From contig NC_045696.1 of NCBI RefSeq assembly GCF_009834535.1, positions 83,764,001 to 83,828,000 on the forward strand: a stretch of DNA of 64,000 bases. The letters run 5' to 3'. Source of the stretch: Camelus ferus. Its lineage: Eukaryota. A program made the translations under genes and the position numbers. Below, piece after piece: positions 52,221 through 64,000 of this stretch. Positions within the stretch are counted from its first letter, which is position 1. Every line of letters starts with the position of its first letter. The notes beneath the pieces were generated by a model, which was given only the letters and a program-made list of their open reading frames with translations, was not told the DNA's origin and did no database searches.

Positions 52221-53357
52221 TGTTCTAGGTATTTTCATGGTAAGAATCTTCACTGCAAGCAATTTCCAGCAAATAGTTTCTCTGCACAACTAATTGGCCA
52301 TAACAATTTTGCCATGAAAGATAAAATAACAAAATGAAAGAGGGACATTAAAAAGGACATAATGAAACCTTAAAAAAAAACCCAAAAATTTTATTGTGAA
52401 AAATGAAAATGCGAAAACTATTTTGATTAATTTAAAATGTGTGTGGAGTCCTGATTACAATTGTATTCGAGTATATCTGGAGAAAACAATACTACTTCCT
52501 TTTTCAAAGTCAATCATTAAGAATTCAGGATCTAAGTTAGAGATAAGTTCTTTATAATATAAAAAAGTCTGTAAGATTCTTGAGATTTACATGTAAATCT
52601 GAGGTAACACAAACAGATCAAGAAGTTGCTGTTTGTTGTCAATATATGTAATGTATATAACTCCATCACATGCCCTGTTCTTATATTTCACCAAATCGTC
52701 TAAGCCAGAATCTGTGCCAAACTTCTGTCTATATCAGAGTCAAGATAGAGCTTGATTCTTCTTTTGCCTAAACTTGTAACATTATGTGATAAATTTGGGA
52801 AAGACTGCATTAGAGAACAAGCTGTTGTTGAAGGTTGTAGCTAAAGGATGGATAATTAATGCTCTCAAGGACTATTGTGAATTACTAATGGCATCTTTTA
52901 TATTTGCATAGCTTAGTAAACTTTTGGTTTTTACAGGTGGGAGGGATGACTGTGCTCACTGAAGGATTTGCAAACTGATAAGTTATTTTCTAGTATAATA
53001 TGTAACCTGGTTTTACATTCTCTCATTTCACACTTCCAGTAAGTTTACTTATCACTGTAATTTTTTATCAAATCCATATACGTGGATTGTTGTTATCACC
53101 CACTATTTTAAAACCACCATGTCTACACACAGCTATATAGATCATTATGATGCCTATAATTTATATAATACAAAAATGGGAGTACTGCATCAATGGAGAA
53201 ATGAAACCAGACTATCAACCATTTGGAACCAAACTGTCAAACCAAACTGTCACCTAGTTATTTTATCTTTAATGGGAAATTAATTGCCTTTGGGCCAATT
53301 CATTGTGCAGCAAAACTGCTTGTGGCAAAGATGTTTACTGCAAAAATACTGGACATG
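52221..53357 (-). mobile_element. Mutator-like (MULE/MuDR) DNA transposon fossil, internally deleted
   Basis: ~100-110-bp degenerate TIRs, 9-bp TSD cctcatttc/tctgatttc, and minus-strand remnants of a FLYWCH finger (YWKCEMRECKTRLH…EHSHP) and a MULE DDE domain (…ACDG…LYTLH…PEFLMIDFEKG). Confidence 0.85.
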
Positions 53358-53749
53358 TCTGATTTCCTATTATAGAATTCCTTGAAGTCAAAGGAAACAG
53401 AATCCAAAAAATTGTAGAGCAATTTCAAGGAAATAAACAATTTCAGAAGAGATGGGCAGAATTTGATGACTGTGAACTACTCTTTGAGATACTGTAGCTA
53501 TTCTGGCGTACAAGTTGTATTGTGTCACTCTGTTTCAAGAAGTAATTATTGAGTGGACAGAAATTATATCCACCCAGATGATACATTCATATCGCTGAAA
53601 CTTGGAAGCCACTTCCCTCTGTGGAAGTGTGTTTTCTTTCATGACACTGATGAGATCAAAAGGAAGGGCATTTATGTCTTAAGTAGTGATGTGGTCTGTG
53701 GGTCAAAATTGAGATGTACCCTGACTGAGCAATCCTCACATTGAGTAGA

Positions 53750-54500
53750 CTGTTTTTTCCTCCTCTATTTTCAGAAAGAGCTTGTGAAAGATTAGCATTA
53801 TTTCTTCCTTAAATGTTTGATAGAGGTCACCAGTGAAATCATTTGGGCCTGGGATTTTCTTTGTGAGAAAAACTTTAAATTACTATTTTAATTTCTTACT
53901 TGTTATAGATCTATTCTGATACTCTATTTCTTCTTGAATATGTTTCGGTAACTTGTATCTCTTTGAGGAATTTACCCATTTCATCAAAATTGTTTAATCG
54001 AGTTCATAAAGTTGTTCATAATATTACCTTATACTATTTTTAATTTTTGCAGGTCTGCAGTAATATATTTTCTTTCATTCCTGATTTTATTTTAATTGAA
54101 GTACAGTCAATTACAAGGTGTCAATCTCTGGTGTACAGCACAATGTCCCAGTCATGCATATACATATATATATTCATTTCATTCCTGACTTTGATAATTT
54201 ATGTCTTCTCACTTTTATTCTTCGTGAATCTAGCTAAAACTTTCTCGATTTTGTTGAACATTTCAAAGAACCAAATTTTTGGTTTCTTTGTTTCTCTTTA
54301 TTGTTTTTCTATTTTCTATATCATTGATTTCTGCTCTAATCTTGGCTATTCTCTTTGTTCTATCTGCCTTATGTTTAATTTACATTTTCCTAGCTTTTTG
54401 GGAAGCTTAGATTATTGATTTTAGAGCTTTCTTCCTTTTTATTAAACACACTTAAAGCAATGAATTTCCATTTAGCGCTCCTTTAGCTGCCTCCTACCCA
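53750..54500 (-). mobile_element. Old L1M ORF2-region fragment
   Basis: 'tttcttccttaaatgtttgatagaggtcaccagtgaaatcatttgggcctggg...tttcaaagaaccaa...attgatttctgctctaat'. Confidence 0.8.
54085..54176 (-). mobile_element. Young ~90-bp L1 3' end nested in the old L1
   Basis: 'ttaattgaagtacagtcaattacaaggtgtcaatctctggtgtacagca' with a perfect 12-bp TSD tttcattcctga (54073-54084 / 54177-54188). Confidence 0.88.
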
Positions 54501-55039
54501 CAATTTGAGAAATTTTATTGAGAAATACAGTTAATGAAATTAAATACCTACATTTGTGACTCTACCAAAAGAGAGAAAAAAGGGAAGTAAAAACACCGTA
54601 TTTATTTGAATAATTTACTCTTTTTAGTTAGTAACTTTACTGTTCAAATAAGAGGGGAGGAATTAGTGAGCAGTACTGTCGTGCATCAGTGGGTACTGAT
54701 AACACTGCAACCTAGAAGTACATTTCCTTCCAAGGCATTGCTGCAGTTGTCGTTGTCCCACAGCAGCAGTTCTTTCACAGCCAAGCCCTGAAAAACCAGT
54801 TAAAGAGGATAAATATAGTTGCTTTTTAGGAAACCTTTCATTGCTCACTCCCGCCAACAATACAGATTATGGCTTTTGTGTCTACTAATAATGACAGTAT
54901 TGGTGGATCAGATAGGAAGAAGAAAGAATTTAATACAATACAAAGGAACAGGAATTAAATAGTGAAACTTCCTTTTACATGTGACTACTTCATCTTGAAT
55001 ACTAATCCATGCAGCTGGATTTTGCTGGAAAAAATGCTT

Positions 55040-55665
55040 TTTGCAGTCACCAGAATGACCCTTTAAAATCTATGTCAAATCATGTCACTCCCCCATACAA
55101 ATTCCTCCAGTCACTCCTGTCTCACTAAGTGAAACCCAGAATCCTTACATTGGCTTACAAGGCCCTGCATGATCTGGACTAACATTGCCTATTGGGTTTT
55201 ATCTTCCATTTCTCATGCCTTATTCATTCTGTTCCCATCACTGTGGCCTCCACATTTCCTCCAGCATGGCAGGCATTTCCTCAAATACGAAATTTATTTG
55301 TGCTGTTCCCTGTGCCTGGATTACTTTCCCTCCACATGTCAATACTGGTCACCTCCTTACCTCCTTCATGGCTTTGTTCAAATGTCTCCTTCTAAGAGAC
55401 TCCTTGCCTGATTGCTCCACTTAAAATTGAAAACTGTACTCCACTATCTGTGTTCCTTTTGGTGCTTTATTTTTCTCCTTAGGATTTATTACTGTCTAAC
55501 ATACTACAGGTCATGCTTTCGTAACTTATTGCCTAAATGACTAAAAAGGATTTCCACAGGGCACAGCAACTGTTGTCTCTTTTGTTCCTAGCTATATCCA
55601 TGGCATCTAGAACAGTTTCTAATACATAGAAGAAATTCAATAATAAACAAATAATTGTATGAATA
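55040..55665 (+). mobile_element. L2a-like 3' region
   Basis: 'cagaatgaccctttaaaa...atcatgtcactcccc...ggcttacaaggccctgcatgatctgg...gcatctagaacagt'. Confidence 0.8.
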
Positions 55666-56686
55666 CTATGAAGATCTATCTAGGAGGTAAATGTGTTGAG
55701 ATTGCTTGTTACAAACCCAATAGCATTAAAAAGCTTTTATAAATCTCCTGAATGTGAAATTGGTTTGCTAGCTGTTATTCTATAGCATGTGTGGTGGGTA
55801 TTAATCTGCAAATTCTATAGCTCTTCTTTTCTCTAAGTTATGTTTCTGCTCTGAGTCCCTATCTGGCCAAAACAGTAGGAAACTCAGTATCATTTATCAC
55901 TGAGTTTCCCTCTCCTTTGCCAGGATGTGTAAGGGCCCTGGGAATCTAATGAGGTCCAGAAAATTTGGCAAGGGCTCTCTGGTTTCTTCTCCTGGAGTGA
56001 TCCCTGGTAGACTTGCATGCTGCTTTGGAGGCAATCTGCGGGGCTGCATCTCTGCCAAGCTCTGCCAGCAGATACTTTGCCAAGTTTAGAGCCTTGGTGT
56101 CTTGGATCTAGACTCCCTAGGTTCATTGATGCATCATGCCTCTTGCAGTTTTGCTCCCTTCCACAGTTGCTGCAGGAGTGTGAGGCTGGAGCCAATTCTC
56201 ACGAAACCCCCCAAATACCTTCCCCTTTGAAATTCAGGGGACTCAGTTTTCCCAAAGGGCTGCTACCACCTTTTCCTCTCCCTTCTGGAAGAGTCCTGTG
56301 TGATCTTTTTAAAAGCCTTTAAGAAGGTACTGTTATTCTCTCTCATGCTGGGTGAGAAAAGGAGATGCTGAAACAGTCAGATTTTGTATTTAAAAAACCG
56401 TTTTATAATAAGCAATTTCCTTAGTTTTACTAAAGAAAAAATTTGAGGTGAGGTTAGAGGCTTTGCCAAGGATTACCTGAAAATTATACCAGTATATACT
56501 TCCTGAAATAAAAGGGAGAATATTAGGGTTTGAATAATGGAAATGGCTAAAAAAAAATCTGATTCATACAGAGTTTTTTGAGAAAACATAATGAGAGGTG
56601 ACATTTAAAATACAGATGACATTTAAAATAAATCTTTCAAACTTTCTTTCTCTATAGATAGGTGGATAATAGATAGATAGATAATT

Positions 56687-57800
56687 AAGTGTCAAAAGTG
56701 GGTTCTGAATTCAGTGCCAGATGTGCAAACTGTTGATAACTGACTTGTAACAATGTAATATACAACAAAGTAGAGAAAATGGGATTGTAAGTATGTAGAA
56801 ATCAATATTGTGATGAAAAGCTGACAAGTGTGTGTTCACTATTTCACATATAAACATTATGTTTCACATGCAAACATTTGTGCTTTGTGGGTTACTAATA
56901 ATGTAGCACTACATACAATTGCTGAGGCTTAGGCAGAATAATACATAAAGATTTTTGTTTGGAAATTTTGGGTGACTCTGCCACAAAGAAGGTAGCTAAA
57001 GTACTTTCCAGTGACACCACAGCCTATTTAGGAATGGGCGAATGATATAGAAAGCCAAGTCAGAACAAATAAAGCTAGAAAAGTTATTTTTCACTGTAAG
57101 TTGATAAATGAACAGATATTGCCAACCTGGCAATTCAGTTACATATATGATTTGAACATAATGGTGATTATTCTGTCAGCAAATGTGGTTCAGAGTTTAA
57201 TGTTAGTTTGGGAATAAATTCTGATACCATAGCTGTAATGACAGGAAGATAATCTGGAGCAGTTGCTCAGATTAAGAAATTTGTGCCAGAATGTAAATCA
57301 ACTCACTGCTTCCAACATTAATAAAGTCTTACCTCAAGGGGAAAAAAAAGTCAGTGGAACTAAATAACAAGCTAATTAGTAAAAAAAAAAAAAATGTGAC
57401 TAACATAAAGGTGACTATGTTAAATTCCAGACTACTCCCTTTATTATATGATAATAAGGAAGCTGATTGTAAACAACTATACATGCTCCATGGTTATCCA
57501 GGGGGAGAATTCTACCAACAATGCTTGAGTTATAAAACAAACTCTTAATGTTTCCACAATGTAAAAACCAGTTCTGTCTCATTTTTTCACAGACCTTCAA
57601 CAAGATGCCAGGCTTGTTTCTTTGGCTGATAGCTGAGATATTTTTAATGATATTTAATGTTTCCATGCAAGGAATTAATGCAACATGTTTTCCAATGGAA
57701 GATGAGATCAAAGCCCAAAATAGAAACTAGAAGTATAGAACAATAGAGTTTTTATAGATTATTATGACATGTCCTGTCATTGAACAATTTTCTGTGAAGC
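56687..57800 (+). mobile_element. hAT-Charlie (Charlie4-like) transposon with degraded transposase
   Basis: Remnant peptides HTIAE, IKDFCLEILGDSATKKVAKV, TDIANLA, AVMTGR*SGAVAQIKKFVPECKSTHCF and NVSMQGINATCF in hAT order; the 5' end resembles recalled Charlie4. Confidence 0.8.
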
Positions 57801-60608
57801 AAGTGAGGACTTTGATGAAGCACATCGGCCGAGTGAAATTTCCATAGGTTATTTCCAAAGGTGGGAAATGAGGGTTGGGGCATGATTGTTTTAGGATATG
57901 GATAATACATCTATCACTGTACATCTAAACATCTATCAGTTACTCTTCTATTCACCTTGGCCTTTGTTCTGTCCTACTTGGCTCACCTTTGTTTAATTTC
58001 TAGAAAGATTAAAATAGCATAAATAAAGAACGTGTCATTTAGTATTGATTATTTTGCTGAAAGCATTCCCTCTTTGGCGTTCTTTTTTTTTTTTTTTTTA
58101 AATCTGATTTTCTTCCTCTCTGCCATGTGTGTCTAGATAGCCCTTGATGATGATGATGGTGGTGGTTGTGGTGGTGGTGGTGATGTTAATAATATTGCTG
58201 TAGATGATTATAATTTTAAAAATCTAAAATATGTGTCTCTTTTGTTTTCTTCTTGGAATAGTTTTGGAGTTTTACATTCAAGTTCACCATTCGGCGCTCT
58301 GTCACCAAAAGTGATGTATTTAGTCTTTTGAGATGTCTTGGTAAAATACCACAAAAGCTTTAAAAATGGCATTTTAGTGGAGGATGATGTTCTATGAAGA
58401 ACTATAGTTATGTACAAATTATTACCCCTTTTTACTTTTTTTTGTTCTCCAACCGTAAATGTCTCTACAATTAAAAAAATGTCTGATTCATTTATTCATT
58501 TAACAAACCCTTAAAACCTATGAAGGTTTATTCTGGCAACAGACATGGTAGTTCTCTCTAATCCTTACTCTCTTGAAAAAAGAACAGTCACTCCGTCCTG
58601 ATGATTAGTGCAGGTATATGGTGCAAGATCCTAGCTTAATGATCCATATTGGAGCAGAAATACTAACATTTAGAGATTCTGAAACAAATCATAGTTCTGA
58701 TTTTTTATTCAGTTCTGTAAATCAGAGAATAACAATATCTGTTCCCCCACATTTAATCTTGAGTCATGCCAGCCCCACACAGGCACCCTCCTCTCCTGCC
58801 TGCCTCTAGTCGCCCTAACGTGAAGTGTGTCTCTCCAGATACCGCACTTTTGTAGGTTTGAAAGACTTCTGCTATTGAGATGATAGCCCAGTAGGGAATG
58901 GTGGTGTCTGGTCTTTACATATATTAGGATGAGAAGGATGAATTTTAGGTCTAAACTCCAGGTGAAAGTAATCTTGCCTTCCAGACAGCATGTGACCAGT
59001 TTTTTTTACTAGCCTTTTGTGAGGTCCATTGTGATTGATGAAAACACAAGTTGGGTTGGAGAATGTCTGTTAAATGAAGCCTGGTAGATCTATACTGAAA
59101 GGAGTGAAGACTGGAGGCGATGTAGGAAGACCATTGGTTTGGTAGTCATAAGACCTGGGATTGAGCCAGCAATAATACTTAACTAGCTGAGTGATGTTAA
59201 AGAAGTCACTCTAACCTCTCTGAGTCTCAGTTTCCTGAGCCATAAGGTGGGAATAACATTACCTCATGGACAAGTTATGACGATTACATACAATAATACA
59301 AGAAGAAATGTTTTGCAGTATATACAGATATATTGCTTCATTGTAATAAGTAGTCTAAATTTAACCCATGAGTTTATTTTGCTGTTTCCTCTAAGGTTGC
59401 TGCATTAATCAGTAGCTTTCAATGAGAAATGACCTTCCTTGAGGTTTGTACAATTTTCTAGACTTTTCTCTTTTTTTGGGTTCCCCCAAAAGACTCATTT
59501 CAAATTCAGCTGGAATGTTTTCCAGTGCATCTGCCTTTCCTTTGCCCAGGAACCTGCTCTTGCTGTGAACTCGTTGCTTATGCCCACGGCTCCTGGCTGC
59601 CCAGCTCAGGCTTTACTCAGGCCTCTCATCATGATCCTCATCCCTGCTTGACTGCTGGTGCCCCTGGATATTCTGCTCTCTCCTCCATTTCTCCAACTTT
59701 TCCCAAATATGTATTTTTCAATAATTTCATCTTTATCTTTGCATATCAGTGAAGTGAATTCTTCCTTACTGGAATAAAAGAACTTTAAAAGGAAGCTTTC
59801 TATCTATTTAAACAGAAATCCACCTGTCATCTTAGAGTAAAAATAAATCATATATTAAATATTAGCTAAATATTGTTCCCTGCATGAAACTGAGCCTGAA
59901 ATTTACCATCTCTCTCTTTAAATATATTAGTAAGTATTAGCAATGTCATAAAGATATCCCAGCACTAAACTGAAGATTTTTTTACTTGAATAACCAAGAG
60001 AAATAAAACAATTAAAAAGAGAAAGCTTTTACCATACAATTCAGTGTTACTTAATGCACACGAAATTCCTTGTACACAGTTCACAGTTTCAAAATACTTT
60101 ACTAGTGAGAGTAGAACAATTTATTTACTTTTTTTTTTTTTTGAGACACATACTTCAACATAGAAGATATTTGAGGCTTATCTCATTGGACTTAGCTAAG
60201 CAATGGAGGATGTAGAGCAGCATAAGGCAGTGCTTCTAAATTGATGTTGGTACCTAAACAATCCAACAGTCTACAGCAGGGGAAGACCATTGTATTGAAA
60301 GGAGCACTGAGTTCTTTTAGATGTTATATGTTACTTCAAAGCAAAGTAGAAACCTTATCTGTGTGGCTGCACTAACTCTTTTTGTGATACTATAATTGCT
60401 CACAGAACAAGGTCACCCTTTCAGTTCTCACTGTGATGGATTTATAGAATGTTAGTGTTGGAAAGTTCATGGAAGTCCTTGAACTCAACTCCACATTTTT
60501 CATATGAGCAAACTGAACCAGACAGGTGAAGTTCATCCCTCCAGGTCTCAGAACTAGTTTGTGGCAAAGCAAGCACTGGAGCCCAGTCCCATGATCTTTC
60601 TTTGACAC

Positions 60609-60778
60609 CAGCAGTTCCCATCCCTGGGTACACATTAAAAATTACTCAAAGAGCTTAGCAAAAAATAGCACCTGAACCTCACCTAGACCCAGTCAGAATC
60701 TCTGTGGGTGGAGCTAGGGCATTGATAGTTTTGAAGCTCCCTGGGTGATTCCAAAGTAAAGCCAGGGCCAAGAATCAC
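60609..60778. mobile_element. MER5-type MITE
   Basis: 'cagcagttccca...tcagaatctctgtgggtggagc...aagctccctgggtgattcc...gccagggccaagaatcac'. Confidence 0.65.
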
Positions 60779-61282
60779 ATTTCATGCCCCTCTTTTGCAG
60801 AGTGAAAATATTTACAAATATAAGCCCATGAATTAATTTTTTTTCATGACTCATTTTGCCTTTGCATCCTAGGAGGCATAGATGTTGGAATGTCCATTGC
60901 TTTAGGGTGGGCAGATAAAACACAAGGACAAAAAAAAAAATCAGTGTCCAGCTTTGATTTTCAAGATAAAACTTCAAATAGTATATAATAAAAAGAATAG
61001 TTTTAAAAACTAGACTTTCAGTGGCAAGGACTAGGCACTTGAGAGAGAAAAGAGTTTTCTGTATTCCAAAATCTTTAAGTATCAAAAATTAGAGGCTGAT
61101 GGATTCAGGTGTGGTGTTTAAGTGTACCACAGGAGAGGCAGGATTAAGGATATATTGAGTCATTTCCGACCACACAGAAATTAGAGTCAAAGCAGCACTG
61201 ATGGACCACTCTCCAGGGTTGAGGGGTAGAGGGCTCAGAGAGAACTGGAAGCAAACAAGAGATACACAGGCTGGTTACTTGG

Positions 61283-61775
61283 TGTATTAGCCGGGGTTCT
61301 TCAGAGAAACAGAACCAATAGGATGTGTTTGTGTGTGTGTTTATTTATTTATTATGTTTTTATGTATGTATTTATTTATAATTAAGGAATTGGCTCACAC
61401 AATTATGGAGGCTGGCAAGTTCAAAATCTGCAGGGTGAACTGGCAGGCTGGAGACCCAGGGAAGAGCCAAAGTTGCAGTTACAGTCTGAAGCCTGTCTGC
61501 TGGCAGAATTTTTGGAGGTGGGTGGTTAGGGTGGGGGTGAATGGCAGAGAGTAAAGGAGGTGGTCTTTTGTTCCATTCAGGCCTTCAACTGATTGGGTGA
61601 GGCTCACCTACATTATAGCCTGCATTCTGCTTTACTAAAGTCCACTGATTTAAATGTTAATTTCATCCAGACAAAAAAAAAAAAGCCCTCACAGGAACAT
61701 CTAAAATAATGTTTGGCCAACAATTTTGGGCACCATGACCCAGTCAAGTTGACACATAAAATTAACCATCATCAC
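61283..61775 (-). mobile_element. MLT2 (ERVL) solo LTR
   Basis: 'tgtattagccggggttcttcagagaaacagaaccaatagga...cagtcaagttgacacataaaattaaccatca'. Confidence 0.88.
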
Positions 61776-63466
61776 ACCTGAGATATGTCTGCTGTGCTTA
61801 TACCACACCTGCCTCCTTCTCTCTCCTTTCCACTCAGCCCTGATGAAGACTCAGGAAAGAAAAATACCTGCTCCTAGGTGGATTTAAAGTCTCAAATGAT
61901 TAAAAAAAAAAAATTCCTGGGAGACAATTTGTAGACTGAAGGGCCAGTATGAGATTTTCAAATCCTCAAACCTATGTACTGCTGGAATTACATTTTAAAC
62001 AAAGGATGGGGCAGAAGTTACACATGTGATAGCACGGGATCTAAAAATGCTGGCACAGAGTCTTGCATATTGTGGCTTCTAAGTAAATGTTAGCTGCCCT
62101 CCTAATATTATAATATTATATATCAGATTTTTATCCAGTGAAATGTCCACTGTTACAGCTTTTAAATCAGAGCTAGATCACATACGCTTTTTTGTGTAGG
62201 TCCAGAGCCATGGAGAGTTAAGTATGGGAGATGCAAGGACAGGGATGTGCATAAACCTTCCCCCCAAGATTTGGAGAATTAAGGCAACAATGCATGATAA
62301 AATTCATTTGCTTTTCATACATTTATTTCTTCTCACCAGTGGGCTATTTTCTATGTTTATCCACGATAATTTACTGAGAGAAAATGACACACAGCTTTTT
62401 AAAAATGTGTTGTAGACAGATAATGGTTTTAAAAGCAGGGAAAATATATCTAGTCATTGAACAGGTGTGCATTGGCAAAAGGAAAATAAATGAACCTTTT
62501 AAAACACAATTTTTCATCAAAATGGGTTTTACTTATAAAAAATGATGGCAGTATACCCTGTGGATAGTTAATATAAATTCATTTGAAAGGCATCCTAGAT
62601 CTTTTTACCCAGTGATCAATTACTTTGTCTTTATTTTTATTTTAGAAAGCCAAAGAGAGAAACCATAATTCTTCTGAATAATACAGAGCAATATTCAGCT
62701 ATCTGCTTGAATTTCACAGCTCTGTGTGAAATAAATATACATGCATATTGATTCCTTATTTTAATCATTAATTCACACAACAAAGCTTTGCTGTGTTATT
62801 AGCTTACTGTGTTGTGCAATGGGCAGAGAGAAGGACATTAACTAACTCTGACCATATTGGCAATAGAGTGAGAATCTGTAAGAGTGGAATCTGTAGAATT
62901 TAGTCAAGATATTGTTTTCCTTGTTTATAAATTTTTACTTAAGTAAAACTCATCTTAATGTTTCATATGAAATCTATCAGCATATATGCAAACACGTACT
63001 CTAATACTGAGAGTAGGGTCAGATTGGCATGCTATTAAAATGGTACTTTGGCCATGGGACTCAAGAATAGCAGAATCCTCCCCCAGAAAAATACCTCCCA
63101 CCATTTTCTGGAAGGTGATAAATGAAGAGACCAATAACCAGTTAAATAGAATAACATTTTATTATAAACTTAGTCTCTGCCCCAAAACCATTTTCGAAGT
63201 CTAGTAAATTGCACTGAGATTTAGTAGAACTTACACCCCAGCTAGACATGTAAGTGGGTGCCATCTTACTGAGCCCAGATTTGATATTAGGAAATGACCA
63301 TTCCTATAAAACAAAAAGCTATACCTGCCAGCTCAGGAAAATGTGGAGACAAGAAGCGGAAAAGAGCGTTTGCTTCATTAACCCAGCTGAGTAGACCTAG
63401 ACCAGGGAAAGGGCATACTGCCCAGACCAGGGCAGTCTCCTGCTGACAGGGAGCAGGAGAGAGAAA

Positions 63467-63468
<2 letters not shown>

Positions 63469-63523
<55 letters not shown>
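63469..63523. repeat. (GT)~27 microsatellite followed by (AG)n and a G-rich purine tract
   Basis: Directly visible, uninterrupted repeat. Confidence 0.95.
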
Positions 63524-63524
<1 letters not shown>

Positions 63525-64000
63525 CAGAGAGAGAGAGAAAGGGGGAGGGGAGAGGAAGGGAAGGGAGAGGAGGTGGGGAGGGAAAGGCCCTAAGGAGAGG
63601 AGAGAATGCTGGTGCCCTTACCACTTTCCAAGTGTGGAAGGAAGAGAATTAGGAAAAGGAAAATCAAAGCCCCCTTGAAAGCCCCACCCATAAAAAACTC
63701 AGTGGAGTCAGTTACCAGTGTCCAAGTAATCCGGCCCTCTTTCCTTGGGCTGGAGGAAGAGGGAAGGCAGAAAGGCTGACTTGAGGGCTGCTTTGGTCAC
63801 GGAAGGAGTGAGGAGATGGGCAGGAAAGAAGCCTGGAGCAATCCCAAGGCTAACCTTGGGCCCACTGAGGAGTTCTTGTCTCCATGAGACTTTTGGTATT
63901 CACAAAATATTTTTACAGCTCTATAGTGTTTTTTTTTAGATATAATTTTTTAAAGGTTTTTTCCAGCCCTAGAGATTTAACTTCAAGGAGGATATATTCA

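Noticed and set aside
63397..63678. THTH/CVCV ORFs
   Set aside because: Translations of the (GT)n microsatellite.
1..64000. CRISPR arrays, operons or prokaryotic defence systems
   Set aside because: The sequence is mammalian; there are no regularly spaced repeat-spacer arrays or gene-dense regions.

Overview
Mammalian genomic DNA, most likely camelid (alpaca/llama/camel). The evidence is three copies of a Vic-1-like tRNA-derived SINE, short young L1 3' ends, and no recognisable Bov-B/Bov-tA/PRE-1/Alu elements. The window is AT-rich and intergenic or intronic. I found no intact protein-coding gene, and nearly all ORF-track entries are chance ORFs or transposon remnants. Identifiable content is one 5'-truncated processed RPS13 pseudogene, a dense set of nested transposon fossils (L2, L1M, MaLR/ERVL/ERV1 LTRs, an ERVL pol fragment, Tigger and hAT elements) and a single CpG island. 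Three things stand out. (1) A 1.14-kb Mutator-like (MULE) DNA transposon fossil with long TIRs, a 9-bp TSD and readable FLYWCH and DDE-domain remnants; this superfamily is rare in mammals. (2) An old ERVL LTR that has become the window's only CpG island, with ETS/CRE motifs and a splice donor, a candidate exapted promoter. (3) A ~120-bp insert with a poly(A) signal and A-tail on both strands. Repeat family names come from recalled consensus sequences rather than a search, and the boundaries of old repeats are approximate.
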